Origin: Candidatus Thermosaccharophagus yellowstonensis
Lineage (GTDB): Bacteria; Armatimonadota; Fervidibacteria; Fervidibacterales; Thermosaccharophagaceae
Length of the DNA stretch: 64,000 nt
Assembly: GCA_041537945.1 (NCBI GenBank)
Contig: JBGOEK010000003.1
Span: 11,856-75,855 of the forward strand
Reading direction: 5' to 3'
How positions within the stretch are numbered: the stretch's first letter is position 1; each line of letters opens with the position of its first letter. Below the pieces are notes generated by a model, which was not told the origin of the DNA, made no database searches, and saw only the letters and a list, made by a program, of their open reading frames with translations. Shown piece by piece: positions 29,764 to 38,839 of this stretch. The position numbers and the translations under genes were made by a program.

Positions 29764-30912
29764 ATGATACGCTTCCTTATAGCCTGTGATTCTTTCAAGG
29801 GAAGCGCTTCATCGAAGCAAGTTGGCGAGGCGATAAGAGAGGGCATATTGCGCGTGATGCCAAGTGCACAAGTTGAGGTTGTGCCAGTAGCCGATGGTGG
29901 TGAAGGGACTGTTCAAGCTCTCGTTGATGCAACTGGAGGAAGGCTTGTAACGGTAACGGTGACAAACCCTATTGGGGAGAAAGTTGAGGCGACATTCGGC
30001 ATACTCGGTGATGGTCAAACAGCTGTGATTGAGATGGCTGCAGCAAGCGGCTTAACCCTCATCCCGCCCGAAAAGAGAAACCCTTGGGTGACAACAACAT
30101 ATGGCACTGGCGAACTTATAAAAGCAGCGCTTGAGCATGGCTGTCGTAAGATAATCATCGGCATCGGTGGGAGCGCAACTAACGATGCAGGTGCTGGGAT
30201 GGCTCAAGCGCTCGGTGTCAAACTGCTCGATGAGGATGGTAACCAGATAGGCTTTGGTGGCGGTGAGCTTGGGAGGCTAAGGCGCATCGACATGAGCGGG
30301 CTTGACAAGAGAGCATCCGAGGCTGAGTTCATCGTCGCATGTGATGTTGATAATCCGTTGACTGGCGAGAGGGGTGCATCCTATGTCTATGCGCCACAGA
30401 AGGGAGCAACTCCAGAGATGCTCCCGAAGCTCGATAGCAACTTGCGCCACTTCGCCGAAATCGTTAGACAGCAACTTGGGATCGATGTTGAGCATGTTCC
30501 GGGCGCAGGCGCTGCTGGTGGTCTCGGTGCTGGTTTGATGGCGTTTCTCAAAGCGAAGCTGAAAAGGGGAACTGAGATAGTCTTTGAGCTTGTCAAGCTC
30601 GAAGAGAAGATAGCTTCTGCTGACATAGTCATTACGGGTGAAGGGCAGATCGATGCACAAACGGTGTTTGGCAAAACACCGATCGGTGTTGCGAAGCTCG
30701 CCAAACGGTATGGTAAGCCAGTGATAGCCATAGCCGGTTCAATAGGCGAGGGTGCTGACTCGGTTCACTCACACGGTATAGACGCCATATTCAGCATCAT
30801 CAATCGCCCGATGCCACTTGAACAGGCGATGAGAAATGTAGAGGCTTTGCTTACAAGCGCAGGTGAGCAACTTGCGCGCCTTATCGCTACACTTAAAGCA
30901 ACATTCTCATGA
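29764..30912 (+). CDS. glycerate kinase
   Basis: MIRFLIACDSFKGSASS..., GIGGSATNDAGAGM, ITGEGQIDAQTVFGKTP. ATG 29764 was chosen because the upstream ORF extension overlaps the preceding gene. Confidence 0.9.
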   Translation: MIRFLIACDSFKGSASSKQVGEAIREGILRVMPSAQVEVVPVADGGEGTVQALVDATGGRLVTVTVTNPIGEKVEATFGILGDGQTAVIEMAAASGLTLIPPEKRNPWVTTTYGTGELIKAALEHGCRKIIIGIGGSATNDAGAGMAQALGVKLLDEDGNQIGFGGGELGRLRRIDMSGLDKRASEAEFIVACDVDNPLTGERGASYVYAPQKGATPEMLPKLDSNLRHFAEIVRQQLGIDVEHVPGAGAAGGLGAGLMAFLKAKLKRGTEIVFELVKLEEKIASADIVITGEGQIDAQTVFGKTPIGVAKLAKRYGKPVIAIAGSIGEGADSVHSHGIDAIFSIINRPMPLEQAMRNVEALLTSAGEQLARLIATLKATFS

Positions 30913-30966
30913 TCGCCCGTAAGGTGCGATAAGCGCTACACCTCTCATCGATCATGAGCCATTGAG

Positions 30967-31806
30967 GTGACGGAGATGGGGTTACATCGTTGTTTTGAAC
31001 GCTTGCGTGAAAACGGAGATGGCGGTGTGATTGTTTTCCTCACGGGTGGTGACCCAAATGTTGAGACGACGATAAGAGCAGTCGTTGAACTCGCTGAGGC
31101 TGGAGTTGATGCCATCGAGCTTGGCATACCGTTTTCCGACCCGATCGCCGATGGTCCTGTCATACAGGCTTCTTCTGAAAGAGCGCTCAACTCCGGGACG
31201 ACAATCGAATCGCTCCTTTCAGCTGTAAGCGAAATACGCATGTATACCGATGTCCCGTTGATCTTCATGAGCTACTTCAACCCTGTCCTTCAATATGGGC
31301 TTGAGCGCTTCGCACGCGAATGTTCTGCAGTTGGAGTTGATGGAGTGCTCATAACCGATCTGCCACCCGAGGAGGCAACCGATTGGATTCACGCAGCGAA
31401 CAAAAACTCAATCGAGACGATCTTCCTGCTTGCCCCAACGAGCACCGATGAGCGAATCAAAACTGTAACAGCCGTTTCAACTGGCTTCATCTATTGCGTC
31501 TCACGCACCGGCATAACTGGCGAGAGGGAGGAGTTGCCCAAAGATTTGAGAGAGCTTGTCCAACGCATACGACGGGAGACCGAAAAACCGATCGCAGTTG
31601 GTTTCGGTATATCAAAGCCAGAGCATGTTAAAGCTGTGCTATCCCGCACTGATGCCGATGCAGTCGTCATAGGTAGCGCTATAGTTAGGCGGATGCATGA
31701 GTGGCTTTATTCCCACGGTGATGAGAAGACATGGCGCATGCTACGCCAGTTTGTGACATCGCTTAAGGAAGCAGCAAAGGGAACTAAAAGGCAAAGGAGG
31801 ACATGA
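30967..31806 (+). CDS. trpA: tryptophan synthase alpha chain
   Basis: FLTGGDPNVETT...AGVDAIELGIPFSDPIADGPVIQ, with the catalytic Glu and Asp positions present, and GFGISKPEHV. No trpB is adjacent. Confidence 0.9.
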   Translation: MTEMGLHRCFERLRENGDGGVIVFLTGGDPNVETTIRAVVELAEAGVDAIELGIPFSDPIADGPVIQASSERALNSGTTIESLLSAVSEIRMYTDVPLIFMSYFNPVLQYGLERFARECSAVGVDGVLITDLPPEEATDWIHAANKNSIETIFLLAPTSTDERIKTVTAVSTGFIYCVSRTGITGEREELPKDLRELVQRIRRETEKPIAVGFGISKPEHVKAVLSRTDADAVVIGSAIVRRMHEWLYSHGDEKTWRMLRQFVTSLKEAAKGTKRQRRT

Positions 31807-31809
31807 AGG

Positions 31810-32520
31810 ATGAGTTTGGTCAGGCAGTTGGCAAGCGTTATAGACATGTCAATGCTTCATCCAACGCATTCGCGAGAGGAGATTGAAAGAGGTTGCATGG
31901 AAGCTGTTAGATGGGGTGTGGCTTGTGTCTTTGTCCTGCCGTGTTGGGTTAAGCTTGCATCCAATTTGGTCTGCGGGAGCGATGTGGTAGTTGGGACTGT
32001 TGTAGGTTTCCCACTTGGTGGCAATGAAAGTTCCGTTAAAGCGTTTGAGGCAAGGAAGGCAATTCATGATGGCGCATCAGAAATCGATATGGTCATGAAC
32101 ATCGGGATGCTAAAGTCTGGTGATGACGAAGCTGTGGTCAGCGACATTAAGGCTGTGATAGAGGCTGCGAGGGAAGCCAGTGAAAGCAAAAGCTCAAAAG
32201 CCCCGCTCATAAAGGTGATACTTGAAACTGGCTACTTGAGTGAAGACGAGGTAAAGAGGGCATGTGAGCTTGCGATGGCTTCTGGTGCCGACTTCGTTAA
32301 GACATCAACGGGCTTCGGACCGAGGGGGGCAACAGTTGATGATGTGCGCTTGATGAGGAAGGTGGTGGGAGACAGGGTGAAGATAAAGGCAGCTGGTGGC
32401 ATAAGGACATTGCAACAGACGCTTGAGTTGCTCGATGCTGGTGCTGATAGAATTGGGACAAGCCACGCAGTTAGTATTTTGAGGGAAGCTCAACAACGGG
32501 ATGCGCAAGGGGTAGATTAA
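31810..32520 (+). CDS. deoC: deoxyribose-phosphate aldolase
   Basis: IDMSMLHPTHSREEI, EIDMVMNIG, Schiff-base lysine context FVKTSTGF, KIKAAGGIRT. Confidence 0.9.
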   Translation: MSLVRQLASVIDMSMLHPTHSREEIERGCMEAVRWGVACVFVLPCWVKLASNLVCGSDVVVGTVVGFPLGGNESSVKAFEARKAIHDGASEIDMVMNIGMLKSGDDEAVVSDIKAVIEAAREASESKSSKAPLIKVILETGYLSEDEVKRACELAMASGADFVKTSTGFGPRGATVDDVRLMRKVVGDRVKIKAAGGIRTLQQTLELLDAGADRIGTSHAVSILREAQQRDAQGVD

Positions 32521-32738
32521 GCCACGCGTTTTGCAGGTATCGAGAAGTATGATTCATGGGTGATAGTTATTTCCTCTTCGCTTTCCATCTGGCGGTTGTA
32601 GCGGTAGTGCTCGATGCCATAGCATTCCTTGCATATCAGGTTGTGGATCTTGATGGGCAGACCGTAAATCGGTTTCCCGCAAACCTTGCAGTGGTTCTCT
32701 ACAACCTTAACTTTGCGAAGCGTTGCCACCATTCGCAT
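32517..32738 (-). CDS. small zinc-ribbon protein, hypothetical (73 aa)
   Basis: ATG is preceded by AGGAGGTGAA. Two CxxC pairs (CKVCGK ... CKEC). Confidence 0.5.
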   Translation of the reverse strand: MRMVATLRKVKVVENHCKVCGKPIYGLPIKIHNLICKECYGIEHYRYNRQMESEEEITITHESYFSIPAKRVA

Positions 32739-32961
32739 TTCACCTCCTCGTAAGTTTTTTGAAGCATTTGGCTCTCACTAAACTGAAGAACGATCCGATA
32801 CGACGCCATCGTCTTTCACCCCTTACGCCGTCACTTAGGTTGTGTCGATACTTTCGGCAATCTTTATTTTACCACGCGTGCAGTCATGCTTAAAGGCTTG
32901 AGCCTGCATCGGAGGGCTTCCTTACGCACCGTTGTTTTTCGCTTCTTAGCAAGGCGCTACA

Positions 32962-34458
32962 ATGTTAGCTGAACCGCAAAACTTCAGTTTGGGGGCGAGC
33001 GTGAAAATGCAACTTGCAAATTTGCTTTCCATCATCAGCTCCATCTTCAGCATCCAAGTTGGCATATTCATGCTTTCGCTCCACATCGCTGTGGCGAGGC
33101 GAGTTATATACCTCGTGTTTTCGCTTCTCTGCATGGCGCTCGGGGCAACCGCCTTCTGTTCTTTCATGTCAACCGTTGGCAAGGAAGCATACACGGTGCT
33201 GTTTTGGTTCAGATGCGAACATGCCCTCCACTTCTTGACGGCGGGCTTGTTCGCCCACTTTGTTGTGCTCTTCCTTAATCAACCTTACTCTGCATCTGTC
33301 ATTCGGCTCGTTCATTTAACATGCGCAACTTTCGCATTGCTCGCCTTCACACCCGCTTTTTTGAACCCGAGCGATGTCAATGCACTACAGGTTCGACCTG
33401 GACCGCTATACACTTCCATGCTTTTCAGCTTCGTGCTCTGGCTTACACCTGCATGGATGTTTATGCGCAAGTTGAGAAGGGAGGAGGCAACGGGTGTTGA
33501 GGGTTCAGGTGATGTCGCTTCACAGCTGTGGGTATCATCCGAAACTGCTGAGGAGGCGATGAGGAACGAACTGAGGCTCATGCTCATCGGCTCAATAGCA
33601 GTTGTGGCGCTTTGCTGGCTCGACTTCGGCATCGCTATGACGAGTTCTATCAAACCGCTTCGACTCCACCCGTTGGGCATATTGTTGCTGTCGTTGCTCG
33701 GTGGCATCATCGTTGGCAGGAGGGCAATCCTTTCGGAGTTGCAAGTGCGCGAACTCGAAACACTCCTGAAGGCAAGGGAAGCTGCTGCAGACGATGTCGC
33801 ACACGAAATGAAAACGCCGTTGACGGTCATCAAAGGCTATGCGCTCACCCTCCTGCGGATGTCTCCTGAGGAGATTGACAGCTCACTTTTACAAGATTCG
33901 CTCACTGCAATAGCTGATGAGGCTGAAAGGCTCACGAGGATGATAAACAACATGCTCGACATAGCGAGGCTTGAGGCGGGGAAGCCAGTGACGCTTAGAG
34001 TGCAAGATGTAAACCTGAAGGCGATGTTGCTACAACTCATCGAGAGGATGCAGCGCCTGACGGACAAACACAACCTCAAGTTGCAATGGCACGCAAGCCG
34101 TGAAGAGTTCACAATCGATGCGGACAAGGTCTATCAAGTTGTTTTGAATCTGGTGGACAATGCCATCAAGTATTCGCCAAGCGGTGGCGATGTGGTCGTG
34201 AAGGTTGAGGAGGAAGAGGATTTGCTACGCATCTCCGTGATAGATCAGGGCATCGGGATGACTAAGGAACAGCAAGAGAAGCTCTTCCGACGCCTTGAGA
34301 GGGTTGTAGATCCAAAGCGAAAAATAATGGGCACTGGGATAGGGCTTTACTTGATGAAGAAGTTGGTTGAGGCGATGGGTGGCGAGATGGGGGTTCAAAG
34401 CGAACCGCAGAAGGGAAGCACATTTTGGTTCACGATACCAAAGGTTATGAAGCACTGA
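32962..34458 (+). CDS. sensor histidine kinase with multi-TM N-terminal sensor; no adjacent response regulator
   Basis: About 6-7 TM helices. HisKA H-box VAHEMKTPLTVIKGY. HATPase motifs NLVDNAIKYSP, DQGIGM and GTGIGLYL. Confidence 0.9.
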   Translation: MLAEPQNFSLGASVKMQLANLLSIISSIFSIQVGIFMLSLHIAVARRVIYLVFSLLCMALGATAFCSFMSTVGKEAYTVLFWFRCEHALHFLTAGLFAHFVVLFLNQPYSASVIRLVHLTCATFALLAFTPAFLNPSDVNALQVRPGPLYTSMLFSFVLWLTPAWMFMRKLRREEATGVEGSGDVASQLWVSSETAEEAMRNELRLMLIGSIAVVALCWLDFGIAMTSSIKPLRLHPLGILLLSLLGGIIVGRRAILSELQVRELETLLKAREAAADDVAHEMKTPLTVIKGYALTLLRMSPEEIDSSLLQDSLTAIADEAERLTRMINNMLDIARLEAGKPVTLRVQDVNLKAMLLQLIERMQRLTDKHNLKLQWHASREEFTIDADKVYQVVLNLVDNAIKYSPSGGDVVVKVEEEEDLLRISVIDQGIGMTKEQQEKLFRRLERVVDPKRKIMGTGIGLYLMKKLVEAMGGEMGVQSEPQKGSTFWFTIPKVMKH

Positions 34459-34468
34459 TGGAGACAGG

Positions 34469-34756
34469 TTAAGAGCGCCTGTGACGCAAAAGCATGCTCC
34501 CAGCACCAATAACCCAGCCCAGCGCAAACGAGATGATGAGAGCGATGCTGATTGGTGCGTGGATCGGCTGTGTGAATGGGAGGAGTGTTATCTCAGCCAC
34601 TTCCCAATTTGTCACCAGAAAGCTCATCACCAAGACAGCCAACAGGATGATCAACCCTGTTAGCGCCCACCGCTTCGCGTCTTGCAGTGTTACACCCTTT
34701 TGTGGGGTGCGTTGCATCCCTGCATCTTTGCTCGCTTGCCCACCTTGCTTCTCCAT
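34469..34756 (-). CDS. LapA/YciS-like (DUF1049) small inner-membrane protein
   Basis: 95 aa with two TM helices (GLIILLAVLVMSFLV, ISIALIISFALGWVIGAG) and a basic C-terminus. Confidence 0.45.
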   Translation of the reverse strand: MEKQGGQASKDAGMQRTPQKGVTLQDAKRWALTGLIILLAVLVMSFLVTNWEVAEITLLPFTQPIHAPISIALIISFALGWVIGAGSMLLRHRRS

Positions 34757-34801
34757 TGGTGTTCACCTCTTTGGGCATATTCTGCCGTGCACAGCTTTCA
34801 A

Positions 34802-34817
34802 TGGCAATAGCGTTGCA
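34802..34817 (+). promoter_or_regulatory. candidate sigma-54 (-24/-12) promoter of the Fdh-like/hydrogenase operon
   Basis: TGGCAATAGCGTTGCA has GG at 34803-34804 and GC at 34815-34816 with exactly 10 nt between them, matching TGGCAC-N5-TTGCA. It lies about 60 nt upstream of ATG 34878 and its TAGGAGGA SD. Confidence 0.5.
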
Positions 34818-34877
34818 TGTGCTGTATGCAGAATGCTTCCATCCACCATGATAATACATCGGGCTTAGGAGGAAGAC

Positions 34878-36803
34878 ATGATGGTCAGCGGGAAGACGAC
34901 TTGTGGTTTTTGTGGTTGCGGTTGTGGTTTGTATCTTCTGCATGAGGATGGTAACGCCATTGGAGTGATACCGAGCGATAAAGACATCGTGAACGAGGGC
35001 AGGCTTTGCATACGCGGCTGGCACATCCATCAACCGTTGCGCAACACCGAAAGGATATTACACCCGCTGGTTAAGGGAGAAAGAGCAAGCTATGAGGACG
35101 CTGTCTCTTTCGTTGCTGATGTGTTGAGGAGGTATCCGCCAGAGAGGGTTGGCATCATAGGCTCTGCGAGTGCCACGAATGAGAGTTCATATGTAGTGGC
35201 GAAGTTTGCGAGGGCTGTCATCCGCACTAACAATGTTGACTTTCCGGGGCGCTCGAGGGTTACGCAAACACTTTTCCAGTTGCTTTCATCTCAAGAGGGC
35301 GCATCGGTGCTTTGCTCATTTGAAGATTTGGCGGAGGCTGATGTTTTGTTTTGCATCGGTATCGGGGAATCGGATCGCTACCCTCAAGTCACAGCTCGCA
35401 TATTCAAAGCGGTCGTAGAAGATGGCAGGCAACTGCTCCTGATTGATACATGGCAATCAGATTTCGCCCCGTATGCCTCTTTGTATCTTTCGCCAAAGCC
35501 TTTCTCTGATGAGTTTCTTCTCAGGGCGTTATCAAAAGCGCTTGACGGAAGCATACCGATGCCTTTCAGTAGTGAGCAGGTGCGCTCCATAACTGGCTTG
35601 AGCGATGAGCAAATAATGGCTGCAGCTGATTTGCTCAGCAGTGGCAGGCGAGTGGTCGCAATCTACGATACAGCATCATTAATCCACATACGCTCGCCTC
35701 ATTGCATGAATGAGCTTCTAAGGCTTTTGAGGGTGCTCAAGGGGATGGGCGCTGAGTGGTGTCGTATCCTGCCGATGCTCGAAAGGTGTAACACAGCCGG
35801 TGCTTTGCGCATGGGCGTAGCGCCAGATCTGCTCCCCGCGTTCAAGTGGGTGACGGATGCGGATGCGGTTCAAAAGACATGCTCAATTTGGGGTGTTGAT
35901 AAGCTACCACGAAACAAGGGCATGAACTTCAACCAAATGCTCATGGCAGCTGAGAGGAAGGAAATCAGCGCTCTCATCATCATCGGCGATGACATACTAA
36001 CCGATTATCCAGACCATGAACTCTTGAAGAGCGCTTTGAGCAACCTTGAACTGCTTGTCATGATAACTGCGTATCACTCACCATTGACCGAGGTAGCACA
36101 TTGCGTTTTCCCGAGAGCCATTTGGGGCGAAGTCGATGGCACATGTGTGAACATGGAAGGAAGGGTGTGCAGGTTGGTGAGCGTTTGCGAGCCGAAGGGT
36201 GATGCGAGGGATGAGTGGCAGGTGTTGTGTGATGTGGCGACGAAGCTTGGATACACGATGAGATACTCAAGCTGTGCCGAAATTGAAGATGAGCTAAAGC
36301 GCCTTGTCCCAGAATACGGTGACATCAGATTGGAGAGAGCCAACGCCAAAACATGCTTGCTTCGTGAGACATCCATAACCATCCCAACATACAGCGCACA
36401 TGGTGAGATAAGCCCACCTGCGCTCCCGAGCACTTCTGAGGAGTTTCCTTTCCTTCTCATAACTGAGCGTTATTACTTGCCATGGCATGCTGATTTGCTT
36501 GCGTTACATTCGTCGACGCTTCAACGGGAGTTCAGGTTGCGCTTCACGCCTCATGTTTTCGTCAACTCGGCTGTGGGTAGCTCCATCGGGTTAAGAGATG
36601 GAATGCCAGCCACCATCACCACACCGCATGGGAGTGCTCGTGTCACATCGATATTCAAGGAGGCGATACCATCTGGCATCGCCATCTTGCCCGAGATGTT
36701 CTTCCCACAGCTTCGGCATGTAATTGGGCGAGAGGGTGTGGATGAGCAAACTGGTGCGCCAATCTATCCTGTGGTTGTGGCGAGGTTGGAGCGAACAAGG
36801 TGA
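34878..36803 (+). CDS. FdhF-like molybdopterin-oxidoreductase-family protein lacking the Sec/Cys-His catalytic pair
   Basis: N-terminal 4Fe-4S motif CGFCGCGCG...C(44). GSASATNESSYVVAKFARAVIRTNNVDFPGRSRVTQT aligns by eye with E. coli FdhF [39 protein letters not shown]. 641 aa. Confidence 0.75.
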   Translation: MMVSGKTTCGFCGCGCGLYLLHEDGNAIGVIPSDKDIVNEGRLCIRGWHIHQPLRNTERILHPLVKGERASYEDAVSFVADVLRRYPPERVGIIGSASATNESSYVVAKFARAVIRTNNVDFPGRSRVTQTLFQLLSSQEGASVLCSFEDLAEADVLFCIGIGESDRYPQVTARIFKAVVEDGRQLLLIDTWQSDFAPYASLYLSPKPFSDEFLLRALSKALDGSIPMPFSSEQVRSITGLSDEQIMAAADLLSSGRRVVAIYDTASLIHIRSPHCMNELLRLLRVLKGMGAEWCRILPMLERCNTAGALRMGVAPDLLPAFKWVTDADAVQKTCSIWGVDKLPRNKGMNFNQMLMAAERKEISALIIIGDDILTDYPDHELLKSALSNLELLVMITAYHSPLTEVAHCVFPRAIWGEVDGTCVNMEGRVCRLVSVCEPKGDARDEWQVLCDVATKLGYTMRYSSCAEIEDELKRLVPEYGDIRLERANAKTCLLRETSITIPTYSAHGEISPPALPSTSEEFPFLLITERYYLPWHADLLALHSSTLQREFRLRFTPHVFVNSAVGSSIGLRDGMPATITTPHGSARVTSIFKEAIPSGIAILPEMFFPQLRHVIGREGVDEQTGAPIYPVVVARLERTR

Positions 36804-36839
36804 GTGAAAAATTCACCTCACTCATGGGGGGCGGGGTTC

Positions 36840-37925
36840 ATGGGCACTGTTGAAGTTGGTAGCAAGCTCACGCTCTCGAAGGGGAGGTTGAACGATTTCC
36901 TTCGTTCGCTTGATGCACCCTTAGCAGCCCCAATACGCCTTGAGCATGGCGAAGTGCATTTCGCTGTCAACCCACCGCTTGAACAAATACTTCGTGATGC
37001 TGAGTATGTGAACAGCACGATATCGCCAGTTGCCTTGCTTTTCCCGCAGACCGAAGTTCTCTTCAACTTCAGGCTCAATGGTAAACCACAACTTGAGTTC
37101 CCACCGCCTCCACAACCGTTAATCATCTTCGGCATACGCTCGTGTGATGTAGCAGCGATGCGCTACCTTGAGATGTTTTTCTCGCGCAGCTTCGTTGATA
37201 CACCGTTCTTTGAGAGGGCGAAAGTGACGACACTCATAAGCATCGCATGCCAACGCCCTGGCAAGAACTGTTTTTGCCCATGTTGTGCTGGAGGTCCATT
37301 CCTTGAGGACGGATACGACATACAACTTGTAGACTTCGGCGAGCTGTTCCTTGTTGAGGTTGGCTCAGAGAAAGGGAAGCAGTTGCTCAGCGGGCGCGAG
37401 GGTTTCTTTGAGCTTGCCTCGGAGGAACTCGTTGAGAGGCGAAATAGGCTATACGAGGAGACGCTACAGAAGTTTGAGATAGCTTCTCACATGGGGACGG
37501 GGGTTCGCAAGCTGACATCAAGGTCTGTCTCTGAGGAACTTTGGAAGATGATGGCTTCAAGGTGCATTGAGTGTGGTGGATGCGCTTTCGTTTGCCCGCT
37601 GTGCACATGCTTTGATGTTGTTGACCATAAGCTACCATCCGAAAATGATGGAGCAGTCTGTGGTTGGCGGGAGCGTTGTTGGGATTGTTGCCAGTTCGCT
37701 GGCTACTCAATGGAGGCTGCAGGCGTCAGCCCACGCCCAGATAAACTGAGCAGGTTCAAGAGGCGTTTCTACCACAAGCTCAGCTACTTCTACATGGAGA
37801 TGGATGGCAGGGTTGGTTGTGTTGGTTGTGGAAGGTGCATTCAAGTTTGCTTTGGCGTGGTTGATATGCCAGCGGTCGTCAACACATTGAGGGAGGAAAA
37901 GGTGTTCGGTGTGAGGTTGAGGTGA
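36840..37925 (+). CDS. 4Fe-4S dicluster protein, sulfhydrogenase beta (HydB)/AsrA-like
   Basis: CIECGGCAFVCPLCTCFD and CVGCGRCIQVCF cluster motifs, plus a GIRSCD region. Size and layout resemble HydB/AsrA. Start could be GTG 36804 or ATG 36840. Confidence 0.7.
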   Translation: MGTVEVGSKLTLSKGRLNDFLRSLDAPLAAPIRLEHGEVHFAVNPPLEQILRDAEYVNSTISPVALLFPQTEVLFNFRLNGKPQLEFPPPPQPLIIFGIRSCDVAAMRYLEMFFSRSFVDTPFFERAKVTTLISIACQRPGKNCFCPCCAGGPFLEDGYDIQLVDFGELFLVEVGSEKGKQLLSGREGFFELASEELVERRNRLYEETLQKFEIASHMGTGVRKLTSRSVSEELWKMMASRCIECGGCAFVCPLCTCFDVVDHKLPSENDGAVCGWRERCWDCCQFAGYSMEAAGVSPRPDKLSRFKRRFYHKLSYFYMEMDGRVGCVGCGRCIQVCFGVVDMPAVVNTLREEKVFGVRLR

Positions 37926-37955
37926 CAAGATTGAATTTCGTTGGGAGGGTTTGGT

Positions 37956-38819
37956 ATGCGTGAGCATCTCTATGAGCCAATGCTTGCGCGAATCGTTGAG
38001 GTCACAGATGAGACGCCAGATGTGAAGACATTCACGCTCCAAATCGAGGACGGTGTCATTGATTATCGACCCGGGCAGTTTGCGGAGGTTTCCGTCTTCG
38101 GGGTTGGTGAAGCGCCGTTTGGCATATCATCAAGCCCGACTTGGACAAAGCGCACCGGTTACATTCAAGTGACGGTGAGGGCTGTAGGTAAGGTAACGAG
38201 GGCTCTACATAGCCTCAAGCAAGGCGACTATGTTGGTGTAAGGGCGCCTCTTGGGAATGGCTTCCCAGTGGAGAGGGCGGAGGGCAAGAGGGTGATAATC
38301 GTTGGTGGCGGGATTGGCTTGCCACCACTGCGCTCATTGCTCAACTACATGCTGGACAACAGGGAGAGGTTCGGGAAGATAACGGTGTTATACGGTGCAC
38401 GCACCCCTGCTGATATGGTTTTCAAGCGTGAACTCGCCGAATGGTCTGCTCGCCCTGACCTTGAATATCTCGACACAGTTGATATTGCTGATGAGGAGTG
38501 GCAGAGGTTAGGAAAGAGGGTTGGGGTTGTGACGACTCTGTTCCCGATACTCGATGAGCAAAGCCCGATTGAACCGCACAATACAATCGCATTCATCTGC
38601 GGTCCTCCGATCATGATCCATTTCGTCATCCTTGAGCTTGAGAAACGGAATGTGCCTCCAGAGAACATCATCTCGACGCTTGAGCGCCACATGAAGTGCG
38701 GAGTCGGTAAGTGCGGGCACTGTGCCATAGGGCACAAGTATGTATGTGTTGATGGACCCGTGTTCTCTTGGGCTGAGATGAAAGAGCTTGAGTGGATGAG
38801 CGCAGAGAAGTCAGTTTGA
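37956..38819 (+). CDS. FAD/NAD(P)-binding oxidoreductase with C-terminal 2Fe-2S, sulfhydrogenase gamma (HydG)/AsrB/PyrK-like
   Basis: RPGQFAEVSVFGVGEAPFGISS flavin motif, IIVGGGIGLPPL nucleotide-binding motif, C-terminal CGVGKCGHCAIGHKYVCVDGPVF. Confidence 0.75.
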   Translation: MREHLYEPMLARIVEVTDETPDVKTFTLQIEDGVIDYRPGQFAEVSVFGVGEAPFGISSSPTWTKRTGYIQVTVRAVGKVTRALHSLKQGDYVGVRAPLGNGFPVERAEGKRVIIVGGGIGLPPLRSLLNYMLDNRERFGKITVLYGARTPADMVFKRELAEWSARPDLEYLDTVDIADEEWQRLGKRVGVVTTLFPILDEQSPIEPHNTIAFICGPPIMIHFVILELEKRNVPPENIISTLERHMKCGVGKCGHCAIGHKYVCVDGPVFSWAEMKELEWMSAEKSV

Positions 38820-38839
38820 TTTAGTAGCCCTTTGGTTGC

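Noticed and set aside
35256-35258. Expected a TGA (selenocysteine) in the FdhF-like gene, the classic bacterial selenoprotein
   Set aside because: The aligned codon is AGG (Arg) and the ORF is uninterrupted, so this protein is not a selenoprotein.
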